From Macrostomum lignano (lineage: Eukaryota): 50,930 bases of DNA. Shown piece by piece: positions 32,446 to 45,200 of this stretch (position 1 is the first letter of the stretch; each line of letters begins with the position of its first letter). The notes below the pieces were generated by a model. That model did not search any database. It saw nothing but the letters and a program-made list of their open reading frames with translations, and was not told where the DNA came from. A program made the position numbers and the translations under genes. Location of the stretch: contig NIVC01004310.1 in the NCBI GenBank assembly GCA_002269645.1, positions 1-50,930 of the forward strand, given 5' to 3'.

Positions 32446-34735
32446 GAGTTCAGTTTGAACCCGGCTCTGAGCTCTCCTGAGTTTATAGCCGATTTCTCTA
32501 GCCACTACTCAGCGGCTGCTAATTACTCAGACCCTGGCGGCGCCTTTGATCTCTACGGTAAGCCGTTTGTCTGCGCTCGCCTGCGCCGGCTGTTGGCCAG
32601 CGAGTCTGCGCTGACCTCCGTGGCCTCCGCTGCCGAGCGGCTGGCCTACACCCGGCGCAGCAGCGACCTGCACCAGCTGGCTCAGTCTGGCGACTTGGCC
32701 GACGCTGCCACCAGAGCGCCGAAAATTTTGCGCCAATTTCGCAGCTTCCTGCTGGACTCGGTGCGGCCTTGGCTGCAGCGGCTGATCGGACTGCAGCTCA
32801 GTGACGCCGAGATCGACGTCACCTGCTCCAGGTACGGTCGCGGCGACTGCCTGCTGTGCCACGACGATAGAATGCTTGGCAGGCGCGTCGCCTTCGTCTG
32901 GTATCTGGTCGATTCCGGATGGTCTGACAGCGATGGCGGAGCTCTGGAGCTGCTGGGGCGCAGTCTGGCGATGGCGGACCGCCTGAACAGGTGGCAGCCT
33001 CGCTGCTGCCTGAGCGTGACTCTTTCGTGTTCTTTGAGGTGTCCAGACAGTCCTACCATCAGGTGGCCGAGGTCACCAGCATCGACAAGGTGGGTTGCTG
33101 TTCAGTGTAGAGGGACTAATGCTACTGAATGGCCAAACCCATCTGCAGAATGGTCAGACCAATCTGTAGAAAGATCAAACCAATCTGTAAAATAGGATGG
33201 TCAGACCAATCTGTAGAATGGTCAAACCCATCTGTATAATGGTCAATCCTAGGTATCTGTAGAATGGCCAAAACAATCTGTAGAATGGCCAAACCAATCT
33301 GTAGAATGGCTAAACCAATCTGTAGAATGGCCAAACCAATCTGTAGAATGGCCAAACCAATCTGCAGAACGGCAAACCAATCTGCATAATGGTCAAAAGA
33401 ATCTGCAGAATGGTCAGACCAATCTGTAGAATGATCAAACCAATCTGTAAAATAGGATGGTCAAACCATTCTGTAGAATCTGCAGAATGGCCTAACCAGT
33501 TGGTTGAGTGGTCCAACTGATCTGTGAATTTCCAAACGGATCTCTAACATGGTCGGATGCCAAGAAGACTCAATACTTCTACAGCCATGGGTTGACAACC
33601 TAAAGCATTCGTAGACGCCTTCGTAGAGAAATTATATGCATAGAATAGCATTTTCCATACAGCTTCATCTAACATCGAGTCGGGAAAGCCATCCTAACCT
33701 TTGTTTTCTTCGATTCGATCCCAGGTGCGGCTCTCCGTGCACGGCTGGTTCCGCTTTCCTCGGGGCGACCCTGCCGCCGCTGCCCTGGTTGCCGAGGACG
33801 CCAACGCCAAGGAAGCGGCCGCCAGCCCGTTTGCACACCTGGAAGCGCCCCTGGCCATAGATGAAGACCTGGTTTACCGGTGGATCAACTGCGCTTACCT
33901 GGCCGCGGAGACTCAGGCTGAAATTCGGTCCAGCTTTGGCGACGAGTCGCAGATTCGGTTGGATAATTTTCTTAACGAGACCTTGGTGGCCGAGTTGATT
34001 GATCAGCTGGCCGGCGCCACATGGACTCGGGTTGGCCCGCTCACCCAGCGCAGCTATGACGTCATTTCGCTTGATGACGTCATCGCTAACGATCGAGCAC
34101 CGCTAATTATCGAGTTGGATCGGCTGTTCCACTCTGACGCCATGCTCGTCATCCTCAGCGACCTGACGGGACTGTCGCTGCACTATGCCAGCTCCGCTGT
34201 TGCCGACGCCGACGAAGCCAACGGCGACGAAGCCAACGGCGACGAAGCCAACGGCGACGAAGCCAACGGTGACGAAGCCAACGGCGACAAAGATAACGGC
34301 GACGCTGGCCCGGCAAAGCGACGTCGACTAGATGACGCAGTCGCCGATAATTCCGACAGACTTCCTGTAGGCGTCTGTCAGGGCGAGTTTCGTCGATGGA
34401 GACGCGGCTGCTACACCCTGGTTCGGGACACCGACTACTGCGGCCAGGGCGACGGCGACGGCGGCTTCCTTCTCGACGCTGTGTGGCACTGTGGCTGCAC
34501 CGGCTGGCGCGAGACTATGGGCGGCGAGACTCATTTCACATGCACTGCCGACACCGACGGCGAGCCCCTGGTGACGGTGACGCCTGAGGACAACTGTCTG
34601 AACTTGGTGTACCGTGAGCTCGACACCGTGCCCTTTGTGAAATACCTGAATGCCAACTGCGCCCAGCTCAACTCCGCCGGGCAGTTCTACGACTATCGGG
34701 CGCTGTACCGCGAACCGGCAGACTCTGGGAAGTGA
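32446..34735 (+). CDS. OGFOD1: Prolyl 3-hydroxylase OGFOD1/Tpa1; exons 32446-33089 (1-nt frameshift at G run 32955-32958) and 33725-34735; first exon not fixed
   Basis: CSRYGRGDCLLCHDD..GRRVAFVWYLV..W..DGGALEL..FVFFEVS..SYHQVAEV..|VRLSVHGWF keeps the HxD..H..R 2OG-Fe(II) motif. The second domain (QIRLDNFL, WTRVGP, CQGEFRRW..GCYTL, FVKYLN) matches the OGFOD1 C-terminal domain. Confidence 0.92.
33118..33497 (+). repeat. 21-bp minisatellite (GGYCAAACCAATCTGTAGAAT) in the OGFOD1 intron
   Basis: About 17 partly degenerate copies starting ~30 bp after the donor. Confidence 0.9.
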
Positions 34736-34761
34736 ACTAGGGGGGAGATATTGGTTTTGAC

Positions 34762-35045
34762 TTTTCTACAGATTGGTTTGACCATTCTACAGATTGTTTA
34801 GACCATTCTACAGATTGGTTTGACCATTCTACAGATTGGTTTGACCATTCTACAGATTGGTTTGACCATTCTACAGATTGGTTTGACCATTCTACTGATT
34901 GGTTTGACCATTCTACTGATTGGTTTGACCATTCTACAGATTGGTTTGACCATTCTACAGATTAGTTTGACCATTCTACAGATTGTTTTGACCATTCTAC
35001 AGATTGGTTTGACCATTCTACAGATTAGTTTGACCATTTTACAGA
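34762..35045 (-). repeat. Same 21-bp minisatellite in inverted orientation (ATTCTACAGATTGGTTTGACC), just after the OGFOD1 stop
   Basis: About 13 homogeneous copies, reverse complement of the 33118-33497 unit. Confidence 0.93.
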
Positions 35046-35599
35046 CAGAGGAAAAAATTAACGGCCTAGTCCTTACCCATTAAGGGACCTTTTCAATACT
35101 TCAGCACTTTGGTTAACTTAGTTATGCAATAATTAAATCATCTTACTTCTCAAATGCTCTTCCGCCAGTGCTCTACATTTTAATTGTACAGTTGCTGCTT
35201 GCTTTTGCATTTTTGGATATTGGAGAGCAAATATGAAATAAATATTGGCTCTGACCGTTGAAATATATGTCATGGTTATAATTTGCGTACAAATTGTGAA
35301 TCTGGAAATAAATAAAATTTGCATGCCTTTGATGCCTTCAATTTCTGGTTGGATATGACAGCGAAGACAGCATGTAAGTGTTGTCTCAAGCAGCATTTTC
35401 AGGTATTGCCTTCTCTATCGCTTTCGTTCCATGTTAGTTCGCTATGTCCGTTTAAGTAGCTGTTAGGAGCGCACTTTTTAAATGCTTTCAATTTAACCGC
35501 CAACCTGGGGCACTGGCGTAGCAATTAAAATTACTAGAGTTGACAATTGCGCTTCTGCCTTTATCCAGGCTATGAGAGATGCGCCATTCGATTTTCTTA

Positions 35600-35906
35600 C
35601 ATTTAAGTAATGATAATGAAAATAATAAACAATTGATTACACCTGTCTTAATTGGCAGATGTGCAACCGACAGCTCAGCCGCTGAAGGCTGCGTACGGCT
35701 GTTCAGTCCAAGGACTGGGGGGTCGCCACACACAGCCTCAATTACCCCAGCTAATGCTGGCACCCATTTTACAGCTGGGTGAACTGAAGAAATGCAGAGT
35801 TAAGTGTGTCTTGCTCAAGGACACAAATTGTTTCTGTGGGATCGGGAATCGAACTCCCAACCTTCAAGTTGCCAGTCCGACACTCTAACCACTAGGCTGC
35901 AACGCG
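35600..35906 (-). mobile_element. tRNA-derived SINE with CORE-like central domain
   Basis: Minus strand: A box (TAGTGGTTAGAG, ~35894-35883), B box (GAGTTCGATTCCC, ~35856-35844), then TGTGTCCTTGAGCAAGACACACTTAAC..CAGTTCACCCAGCTGTAAAATGGG resembling the CORE/MIR domain. The 3' end is approximate. Confidence 0.72.
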
Positions 35907-36964
35907 TTTGTAGCCCTACAATTAAGTACTTAGGCTACGAAGCGAATGAAGGTCTCATTTAGGTCTCATTTAGACAGCCATACTATGAGCTACTAGCATA
36001 AGTACTTAATTATCTCTGCAGGCACCTGTCAGCTGCTATCAATCTGAACGTAAAACGAAATTCGATGACGATGACGCTCGCGCTCATGGCTGCCCCACGC
36101 AGTTTCGAGGACTTTCGGAAGTGCAACAAGGAACAAGCCGTAATTTTGCCGCTCACGCCTCGCTGCCCGCGAGAGTCACCTGCTCAGTTTTCCAGCTTTA
36201 TATTCCTTCTAATACTGAAATAACACGAGCTACTTGAGAGAGGCACGTACCAGCTCTTTCTCAATTTTTTCTTCCGTCCTCCTCTTGCGCTGGACAAGCT
36301 GAGGCATTCGCGTGGGGTCTGTTATTCGGCTGCAGCATTTCTAGGGAAGAGCATCCATCGAAGGGAGAGCATCACCTTATCCGATTCGAGGCCGGGAAAC
36401 CCCTCCGTGCTGCTTTAATATCCCTGTACATCCTGTCCTGACCCAGCAGGTCACTGTGGATGGATGCCATGTCTAATGATAATTGGCCTAGAGGCCTATC
36501 AGACATTCTCCCAACTCCTGCTGCAGCAGCTCTCATTGGCATTTTCCTGCTCTTTCCCTGTTCTTCTTCTGGTCCACTTCACCGGCTTCCTCTCCTGCCT
36601 AGGCTGTCTTGTCCAACTCTGAGGGATCTCCAATTTTAAAGGTCGATATTGTCAACGATGATCTTAATCCGTTATTCACGTTCTGAAATAATTGAAATCT
36701 GAAGGTAGAGGATGTTGCTGTTTTGTTCGAAAGAATTCGCTGGTCGGCTTAACGCTGTTTTAATTAACCTTTCTGGCTATGGGAATCTGTCATTCTGTGC
36801 TGCAAAATAATCATCTTGAGAAATTTCATCGGTCAGTAGAATTATTGTACCAGGGCCCGCCGCCTTGGGAGGGGGGAGCGCTATCGTAAGGGACGCCATC
36901 GTGGGGGCGCCAGCAGCGGTGGCGCGCCAAAGTAGTTGAGGAACTGCATGCGTGTTTCCTTATC

Positions 36965-37527
36965 GGACTCGCGAGTGTACACTGATAAAAGTTAAATCGA
37001 TGCCTCATTCAACCCCATGCACCCTCTATCTTTATCAGGCTCGCGAGTGTACACAGCAAAAAGTTAAATCGATGCGTTCAACCCCACCCTCTTTTCTTAT
37101 CTGGCTCGCGAGTGTACACAGCTAAACGTTAAATCGATGCGTTCAACCCCACCCTCTTTTCTTATCTGGCTCGCGAGTGTACACAGCTAAACGTTAAATC
37201 GATGCGTTCAACCCCACCCTCTTTTCTTATCTGGCTCGCGAGTGTACACAGCTAAACGTTAAATCGATGCGTTCAACCCCACCCTCTTTTCTTATCTGGC
37301 TCGCGAGTGTACACAGCTAAACGTTAAATCGATGGGTTCAACCCCACCCTCTTTTCTTATCTGGCTCGCGAGTGTACACAGCTAAACGTTAAATCGATGC
37401 GTTCAACCCCACCCTCTTTCCTTATCTGGCTCGCGAGTGTACACAGCTAAAAGTTAAATCGATGTGTAGTTCATCCCCACCCTCTTTCCTTATCTGGCTC
37501 GCGAGTGTACACAGCTAAACGTTAAAA
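36965..37527. repeat. 65-bp palindrome-rich tandem repeat, ~8-9 copies
   Basis: CTCGCGAGTGTACACAGCTAAACGTTAAATCGATGCGTTCAACCCCACCCTCTTTTCTTATCTGG, period 65 (37105, 37170). Confidence 0.93.
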
Positions 37528-37949
37528 GTCACTTCCACTCACTCCAGCTGATTATTTCCGTTTCTCTTCCTCCTCCGCCTCCTCCATTCATACTTCACGT
37601 CCTCGTGAAAATGCATGTGGATGTTCCTGACGGGGGTTGGCAATTCATTTACGGGCTTTAACATGCGGGTACCGGCCTTAAAATCAACTTGCTGCTGCAA
37701 AACTAGGCTCTCGTTGCCTTCCCTTGCAAAAAGTCACTCCCACTTGTAATTATTGCCCGAAAAAATTGAAACCTAGCGAAGGATTACAGACTAACCTAAC
37801 CTGATTGAAGTGGCTCCGGGAATGTTCAGCGTCCTTATTTGCGCTGCAATTTTCCTAAGTGTTAATAAGCGGCGATAAGCGACGAATAAAAAAAATTAAA
37901 TAGGCAAATGTACTCGTATATCAGGTGCAAGGTGGTTCGATCGGTTAAA

Positions 37950-38953
37950 TTTGGACCTACCTGTCCAGAGCAATCAATCACTGAATTCAAGTGAGCGGGT
38001 ATAGTATGGTTGCACAGTTACTCAATCACATTGGGGTGTAACAGCGGCCTTCCCGCGACCTCGTCACCTTGCATGCACCTTTTTGCCTGTCTACTCTTTG
38101 ACAACAGTAGAAACGCAGCCTTTGAATCGAGCTTGAGGGTGCTCAAGTCCGTCACGACCTGCCTTGGTTCAAGACCGCGTGCATGCTTAATTCTTATTGC
38201 TGTACCGAGATAGATGGCTACATGCAAGCAGCTGCGCCGATCGCTTGTAGCCAAGTCCCACGCGGCAACTACAGCGATCGGAAACTGTCTGTCTGATATG
38301 TGCGTAGCTAACAATAGTTTCATTTTTCCCTAGCAACTTCCTTTGCCTGTCTGCTGGCATTTGCATCAATTCCAGCTGTTTTTGCTTCTCTGGCTGGCGG
38401 TGCTTAAGCTCGGCCGAGCTCAGCTATAGCAAATAAAATGAGGTCTTATCTCTTCTGTGTCTCCCAGTCCGTTGTTGTTAGCAACCTGTGCGTGTCGCGG
38501 AACTTTGAGAAATTTTTTGGGAAAAGCATACTTAGGGAAAAGAGACAGCTGCTGCAGTGTGAAATCCCACCTTTCGGAGTTTTCATCATTTTCGCTAGGG
38601 GGAAATTGGATAATAAGCTTGCTAATTTCTTTCTGAAATACCTCGTAAAATTCATTATTTGTCTTCTTGCTGCCCAAAATTGCCCAGTTAGTGAAAAACT
38701 GTCCTTTTTTTCTGCTGAAGTCTCTCAACCCAGATATATCGATGCAGCTCTGCTGCTTGATCAAGCTCTCTGACAAATTACATGCTTCAGTCATCAGAAA
38801 GGTCAAAAGTGAACCAGCAGGTGGATTAGTTGATATGAAACCTGACATGCAGGCGCATCCAAATCCTACTAAATACGGTCGTAAATTACATCTGGTCCAA
38901 TATTTCATTGGCGAGTCGGGATATTGGACCATTTTGAAGTGTGTAAATTTCAA
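37950..38953 (-). pseudogene. Degraded coding-like sequence; the distal part resembles a tyrosine-recombinase catalytic core
   Basis: Broken ORFs 38953-38420 and 38323-38018; VAIYLGTAIRIKHARGL..LLLSKSRQ resembles the YR R-box and the SKT motif. Motif-level resemblance only. Confidence 0.25.
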
Positions 38954-39256
38954 TTCTAACTGGACAAGAAGAAATTCTGCAGATTTTCAAGTGACAGAAT
39001 TTTCATCGTTACTATGCCAGAGTCACCTGTAGCTCAGGTGATTTACAGGCTGGTTTGACAGGAAATTTCAGCAATGCAGGAGGCCGTTCTGTGAGGCCAG
39101 AGAGGGCAGACACGCCCTTTTGTGCCAGGACTGTTAAAAAATTAAGCTGCTTAGAGCAGTTTTGTTCCAAACTGCTCAAGCACGCAAACAGTGAGGATTA
39201 GAAGAGCTTTGTTGATGCTATTTAAAGCTTCTCGATCCACTTTGATCAAGCCAATT

Positions 39257-42200
39257 TCATCAGTTCAGAATCATCAGTTCACAATCATCAGTTCAGAATC
39301 ATCAGTTCAGAATCATCAGTTCAGAATCATCAGTTCAGAATCATCAGTTCAGAATCATCAATTCAGAATCATCAGTTCACAATCATCAGTTCAGAATCAT
39401 CAGTTCAGAATCATCAGTTCAGAATCATCAGCTCAGAATCATCAGTTCACAATCATCAGTTCAGAATCATCAGTTCACAATCATCAGTTCAGAATCATCA
39501 GTTCAGAATCATCAGTTCAGAATCATCAGCTCAGAATCATCAGTTCACAATCATCAGTTCAGAATCATCAGTTCAGAATCATCAGCTCAGAATCATCAGC
39601 TCAGAATCATCAGTTCACAATCATCAGTTCACAATCATCAGTTCAGAATCATCAGTTCAGAATCATCAGTTCAGAATCATCAGTTCACAATCATCAGTTC
39701 AGAATCATCAGTTCAGAATCATCAGTTCAGAATCATCAGTTCAGAATCATCAGTTCACAATCATCAGTTCAGAATCATCAGTTCAGAATCATCAGTTCAC
39801 AATCATCAGTTCACAATCATCAGTTCACAATCATCAGTTCACAATCATCAGTTCACAATCATCAGTTCACAATCATCAGTTCACAATCATCAGTTCAGAA
39901 TCATCAGTTCAGAATCATCAGTTCACAATCATCAGTTCAGAATCATCAGTTCACAATCATCAGTTCAGAATCATCAGTTCACAATCATCAGTTCACAATC
40001 ATCAGTTCAGAATCATCAATTCAGAATCATCAGTTCAGAATCATCAGTTCAGAATCATCAGTTCAGAATCATCAGTTCAGAATCATCAGTTCACAATCAT
40101 CAGTTCACAATCATCAGTTCACAATCATCAGTTCAGAATCATCAGTTCACGATCATCAATTCAGAATCATCAGTTCACAATCATCAGTTCAGAATCATCA
40201 GTTCACAATCATCAGTTCACAATCATCAGTTCAGAATCATCAGCTCACAATCATCAGTTCACAATCATCAGTTCAGAATCATCAGCTCACAATCATCAGT
40301 TCACAATCATCAGTTCAGAATCATCAGCTCACAATCATCAGTTCACAATCATCAGTTCACAATCATCAGTTCACAATCATCAGTTCAGAATCATCAGTTC
40401 ACAATCATCAGTTCAGAATCATCAGTTCAGAATCATCAGCTCACAATCATCAGTTCACAATCATCAGTTCAGAATCATCAGTTCACAATCATCAGCTCAG
40501 AATCATCAATTCAGAATCATCAGTTCACAATCATCAGTTCACAATCATCAGTTCAGAATCATCAGTTCACAATCATCAGTTCAGAATCATCAGTTCAGAA
40601 TCATCAGTTCAGAATCATCAGTTCACAATCATCAGTTCAGAATCATCAGCTCACAATCATCAGTTCAGAATCATCAGTTCACAATCATCAGTTCACAATC
40701 ATCAGTTCAGAATCATCAGTTCACAATCATCAGTTCACAATCATCAGTTCAGAATCATCAGTTCAGAATCATCAGTTCAGAATCATCAGTTCAGAATCAT
40801 CAGTTCAGAATCATCAGTTCAGAATCATCAGTTCAGAATCATCAGTTCACAATCATCAGTTCAGAATCATCAATTCAGAATCATCAGTTCACAATCATCA
40901 GTTCACAATCATCAGTTCAGAATCATCAGTTCAGAATCATCAGTTCACAATCATCAGCTCAGAATCATCAGTTCAGAATCATCAGTTCACAATCATCAGT
41001 TCACAATCATCAGTTCAGAATCATCAGTTCAGAATCATCAGTTCAGAATCATCAGTTCAGAATCATCAGTTCACAATCATCAGTTCAGAATCATCAGCTC
41101 ACAATCATCAGTTCACAATCATCAGTTCAGAATCATCAGTTCACAATCATCAGTTCACAATCATCAGTTCAGAATCATCAGTTCACAATCATCAGTTCAG
41201 AATCATCAGTTCAGAATCATCAGTTCAGAATCATCAGTTCACAATCATCAGTTCACAATCATCAGTTCAGAATCATCAGTTCAGAATCATCAGTTCAGAA
41301 TCATCAGTTCAGAATCATCAGCTCAGAATCGTCAGTTCAGAATCATCAGTTCACAATCATCAGTTCACAATCATCAGTTCAGAATCATCAGTTCAGAATC
41401 ATCAGTTCACAATCATCAGTTCAGAATCATCAATTCAGAATCATCAGTTCAGAATCATCAGTTCACAATCATCAGTTCAGAATCATCAATTCACAATCAT
41501 CAGTTCAGAATCATCAGTTCAGAATCATCAGTTCAGAATCATCAGTTCAGAATCATCAGTTCAGAATCATCAGTTCAGAATCATCAATTCAGAATCATCA
41601 GTTCACAATCATCAGTTCAGAATCATCAGTTCACAATCATCAGTTCACAATCATCAGTTCACAATCATCAGTTCACAATCATCAGTTCACAATCATCAGT
41701 TCAGAATCATCAGTTCACAATCATCAGTTCAGAATCATCAGTTCACAATCATCAGTTCACAATCATCAATTCAGAATCATCAGTTCACAATCATCAGTTC
41801 AGAATCATCAGTTCAGAATCATCAGTTCACAATCATCAGTTCACAATCATCAGTTCACAATCATCAGTTCACAATCATCAGTTCAGAATCATCAGTTCAC
41901 AATCATCAGTACAGAATCATCAGTTCAGAATCATCAGTTCAGAATCATCAGTTCACAATCATCAGTTCAGAATCATCAGTTCACAATCATCAATTCAGAA
42001 TCATCAGTTCAGAATCATCAGTTCACAATCATCAGTTCAGAATCATCAGTTCAGAATCATCAGTTCACAATCATCAGTTCACAATCATCAGTTCAGAATC
42101 ATCAGTTCAGAATCATCAGTTCACAATCATCAGTTCAGAATCATCAGTTCAGAATCATCAGTTCAGAATCATCAGTTCAGAATCATCAGTTCAGAATCAT

Positions 42201-45200
42201 CAGTTCACAATCATCAGTTCAGAATCATCAGCTCACAATCATCAGTTCACAATCATCAGTTCAGAATCATCAGTTCACAATCATCAGTTCAGAATCATCA
42301 ATACAGAATCATCAGTTCACAATCATCAGTTCAGAATCATCAGTTCACAATCATCAGTTCACAATCATCAGTTCACAATCATCAGTTCAGAATCATCAAT
42401 ACAGAATCATCAGTTCACAATCATCAGTTCAGAATCATCAGTTCGCAATCATCAGCTCAGAAACATCAGTTCAGAATCATCAGTTCAGAATCATCAGTTC
42501 AGAATCATCAGTTCACAATCATCAGTTCAGAATCATCAGTTCACAATCATCAGCTCAGAATCATCAATTCAGAATCATCAGTTCACAATCATCAGTTCAC
42601 AATCATCAGTTCAGAATCATCAGCTCAGAATCATCAGTTCACAATCATCAGCTCAGAATCATCAGTTCAGAATCATCAGTTCACAATCATCAGTTCACAA
42701 TCATCAGTTCAGAATCATCAGTTCACAATCATCAGTTCAGAATCATCAGTACAGAATCATCAGTTCAGAATCATCAGTTCAGAATCATCAGTTCACAATC
42801 ATCAATTCAGAATCATCAGTTCACAATCATCAGTTCAGAATCATCAGTACAGAATCATCAGCTCACAATCATCAGTTCAGAATCATCAGTTCAGAATCAT
42901 CAGTTCACAATCATCAGTTCACAATCATCAGTTCACAATCATCAGTTCAGAATCATCAGTTCACAATCATCAGTTCACAATCATCAGTTCAGAATCATCA
43001 GTTCAGAATCATCAGTTCAGAATCATCAGTACAGAATCATCAGCTCACAATTATCAGTTCAGAATCATCAGTACAGAATCATCAGTTCAGAATCATCAGT
43101 TCACAATCATCAGTTCAGAATCATCAGTTCAGAATCATCAGTACAGAATCATCAGTTCACAATCATCAGTTCAGAATCATCAGTTCACAATCATCAATTC
43201 AGAATCATCAGTTCACAATCATCAGTTCAGAATCATCAGTACAGAATCATCAGCTCACAATCATCAGTTCAGAATCATCAGTTCAGAATCATCAGTTCAC
43301 AATCATCAGTTCACAATCATCAGTTCACAATCATCAGTTCAGAATCATCAGTTCAGAATCATCAGTTCACAATCATCAGTTCAGAATCATCAGTTCAGAA
43401 TCATCAGTTCAGAATCATCAGTACAGAATCATCAGCTCACAATCATCAGTTCAGAATCATCAGTACAGAATCATCAGTTCAGAATCATCAGTTCAGAATC
43501 ATCAGTTCACAATCATCAGTTCACTATCATCAGTTCACAATCATCAGTTCACAATCATCAGTTCAGAATCATCAGTTCACAATCATCAGTTCAGAATCAT
43601 CAGTTCACAATCATCAGTACAGAATCATCAGTTCAGAATCATCAGTTCACAATCATCAGTTCACAATCATCAGTTCAGAATCATCAGTTCACAATCATCA
43701 GTTCAGAATCATCAGTTCACAATCATCAGTTCACAATCATCAATTCAGAATCATCAATTCAGAATCATCAGTTCACAATCATCAGTTCAGAATCATCAGT
43801 TCAGAATCATCAGTTCACAATCATCAGTTCAGAATCATCAGTTCAGAATCATCAGTTCACAATCATCAGTTCAGAATCATCAGTTCACAATCATCAGTTC
43901 AGAATCATCAGTTCACAATCATCAGTTCACAATCATCAGTTCACAATCATCAGTTCACAATCATCAGTTCACAATCATCAGTTCACAATCATCAGTTCAG
44001 AATCATCAGTTCACAATCATCAGTTCACAATCATCAGTTCAGAATCATCAGTTCACAATCATCAGTTCAGAATCATCAGTTCAGAATCATCAGTTCAGAA
44101 TCATCAGTTCACAATCATCAGTTCAGAATCATCAGTTCAGAATCATCAGTTCAGAATCATCAGTTCAGAATCATCAGTTCAGAATCATCAGCTCAGAATC
44201 GTCAGTTCAGAATCATCAGTTCACAATCATCAGTTCACAATCATCAGTTCAGAATCATCAGTTCAGAATCATCAGTTCACAATCATCAGTTCAGAATCAT
44301 CAATTCAGAATCATCAGTTCAGAATCATCAGTTCACAATCATCAGTTCAGAATCATCAGTTCAGAATCATCAGTTCAGAATCATCAGTTCAGAATCATCA
44401 GTTCACAATCATCAGTTCACAATCATCAGTTCACAATCATCAGTTCACAATCATCAGTTCACAATCATCAGTTCAGAATCATCAGTTCACAATCATCAGT
44501 TCAGAATCATCAGTTCACAATCATCAGTTCACAATCATCAGTTCACAATCATCAGCTCAGAATCATCAATTCAGAATCATCAGTTCACAATCATCAGTTC
44601 ACAATCATCAGTTCAGAATCATCAGTTCAGAATCATCAGTTCACAATCATCAGCTCAGAATCATCAGTTCAGAATCATCAGTTCACAATCATCAGTTCAC
44701 AATCATTAGTTCAGAATCATCAGTTCAGAATCATCAGTTCACAATCATCAGTTCACAATCATCAGTTCACAATCATCAGTTCACAATCATCAGTTCAGAA
44801 TCATCAGTTCACAATCATCAGTTCAGAATCATCAGTACAGAATCATCAGTTCAGAATCATCTGTTCACAATCATCAGTTCAGAATCATCAATTCAGAATC
44901 ATCAGTTCACAATCATCAGTTCAGAATCATCAGTACAGAATCATCAGCTCACAATCATCAGTTCAGAATCATCAGTTCACAATCATCAGTTCACAATCAT
45001 CAGTTCAGAATCATCAGTACAGAATCATCAGCTCACAATCATCAGTTCAGAATCATCAGTTCAGAATCATCAGTTCACAATCATCAGTTCACAATCATCA
45101 GTTCACAATCATCAGTTCAGAATCATCAGTTCAGAATCATCAGTTCACAATCATCAGTTCAGAATCATCAGTTCAGAATCATCAGTTCAGAATCATCAGT

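Noticed and set aside
35835-35906. tRNA gene
   Set aside because: A and B boxes are present but acceptor and anticodon stems pair poorly, and it continues into a SINE body.
36280-36660. Coding-like minus-strand segment (MASIHSDLLGQDRMY..)
   Set aside because: Stops in all frames and no identifiable family.
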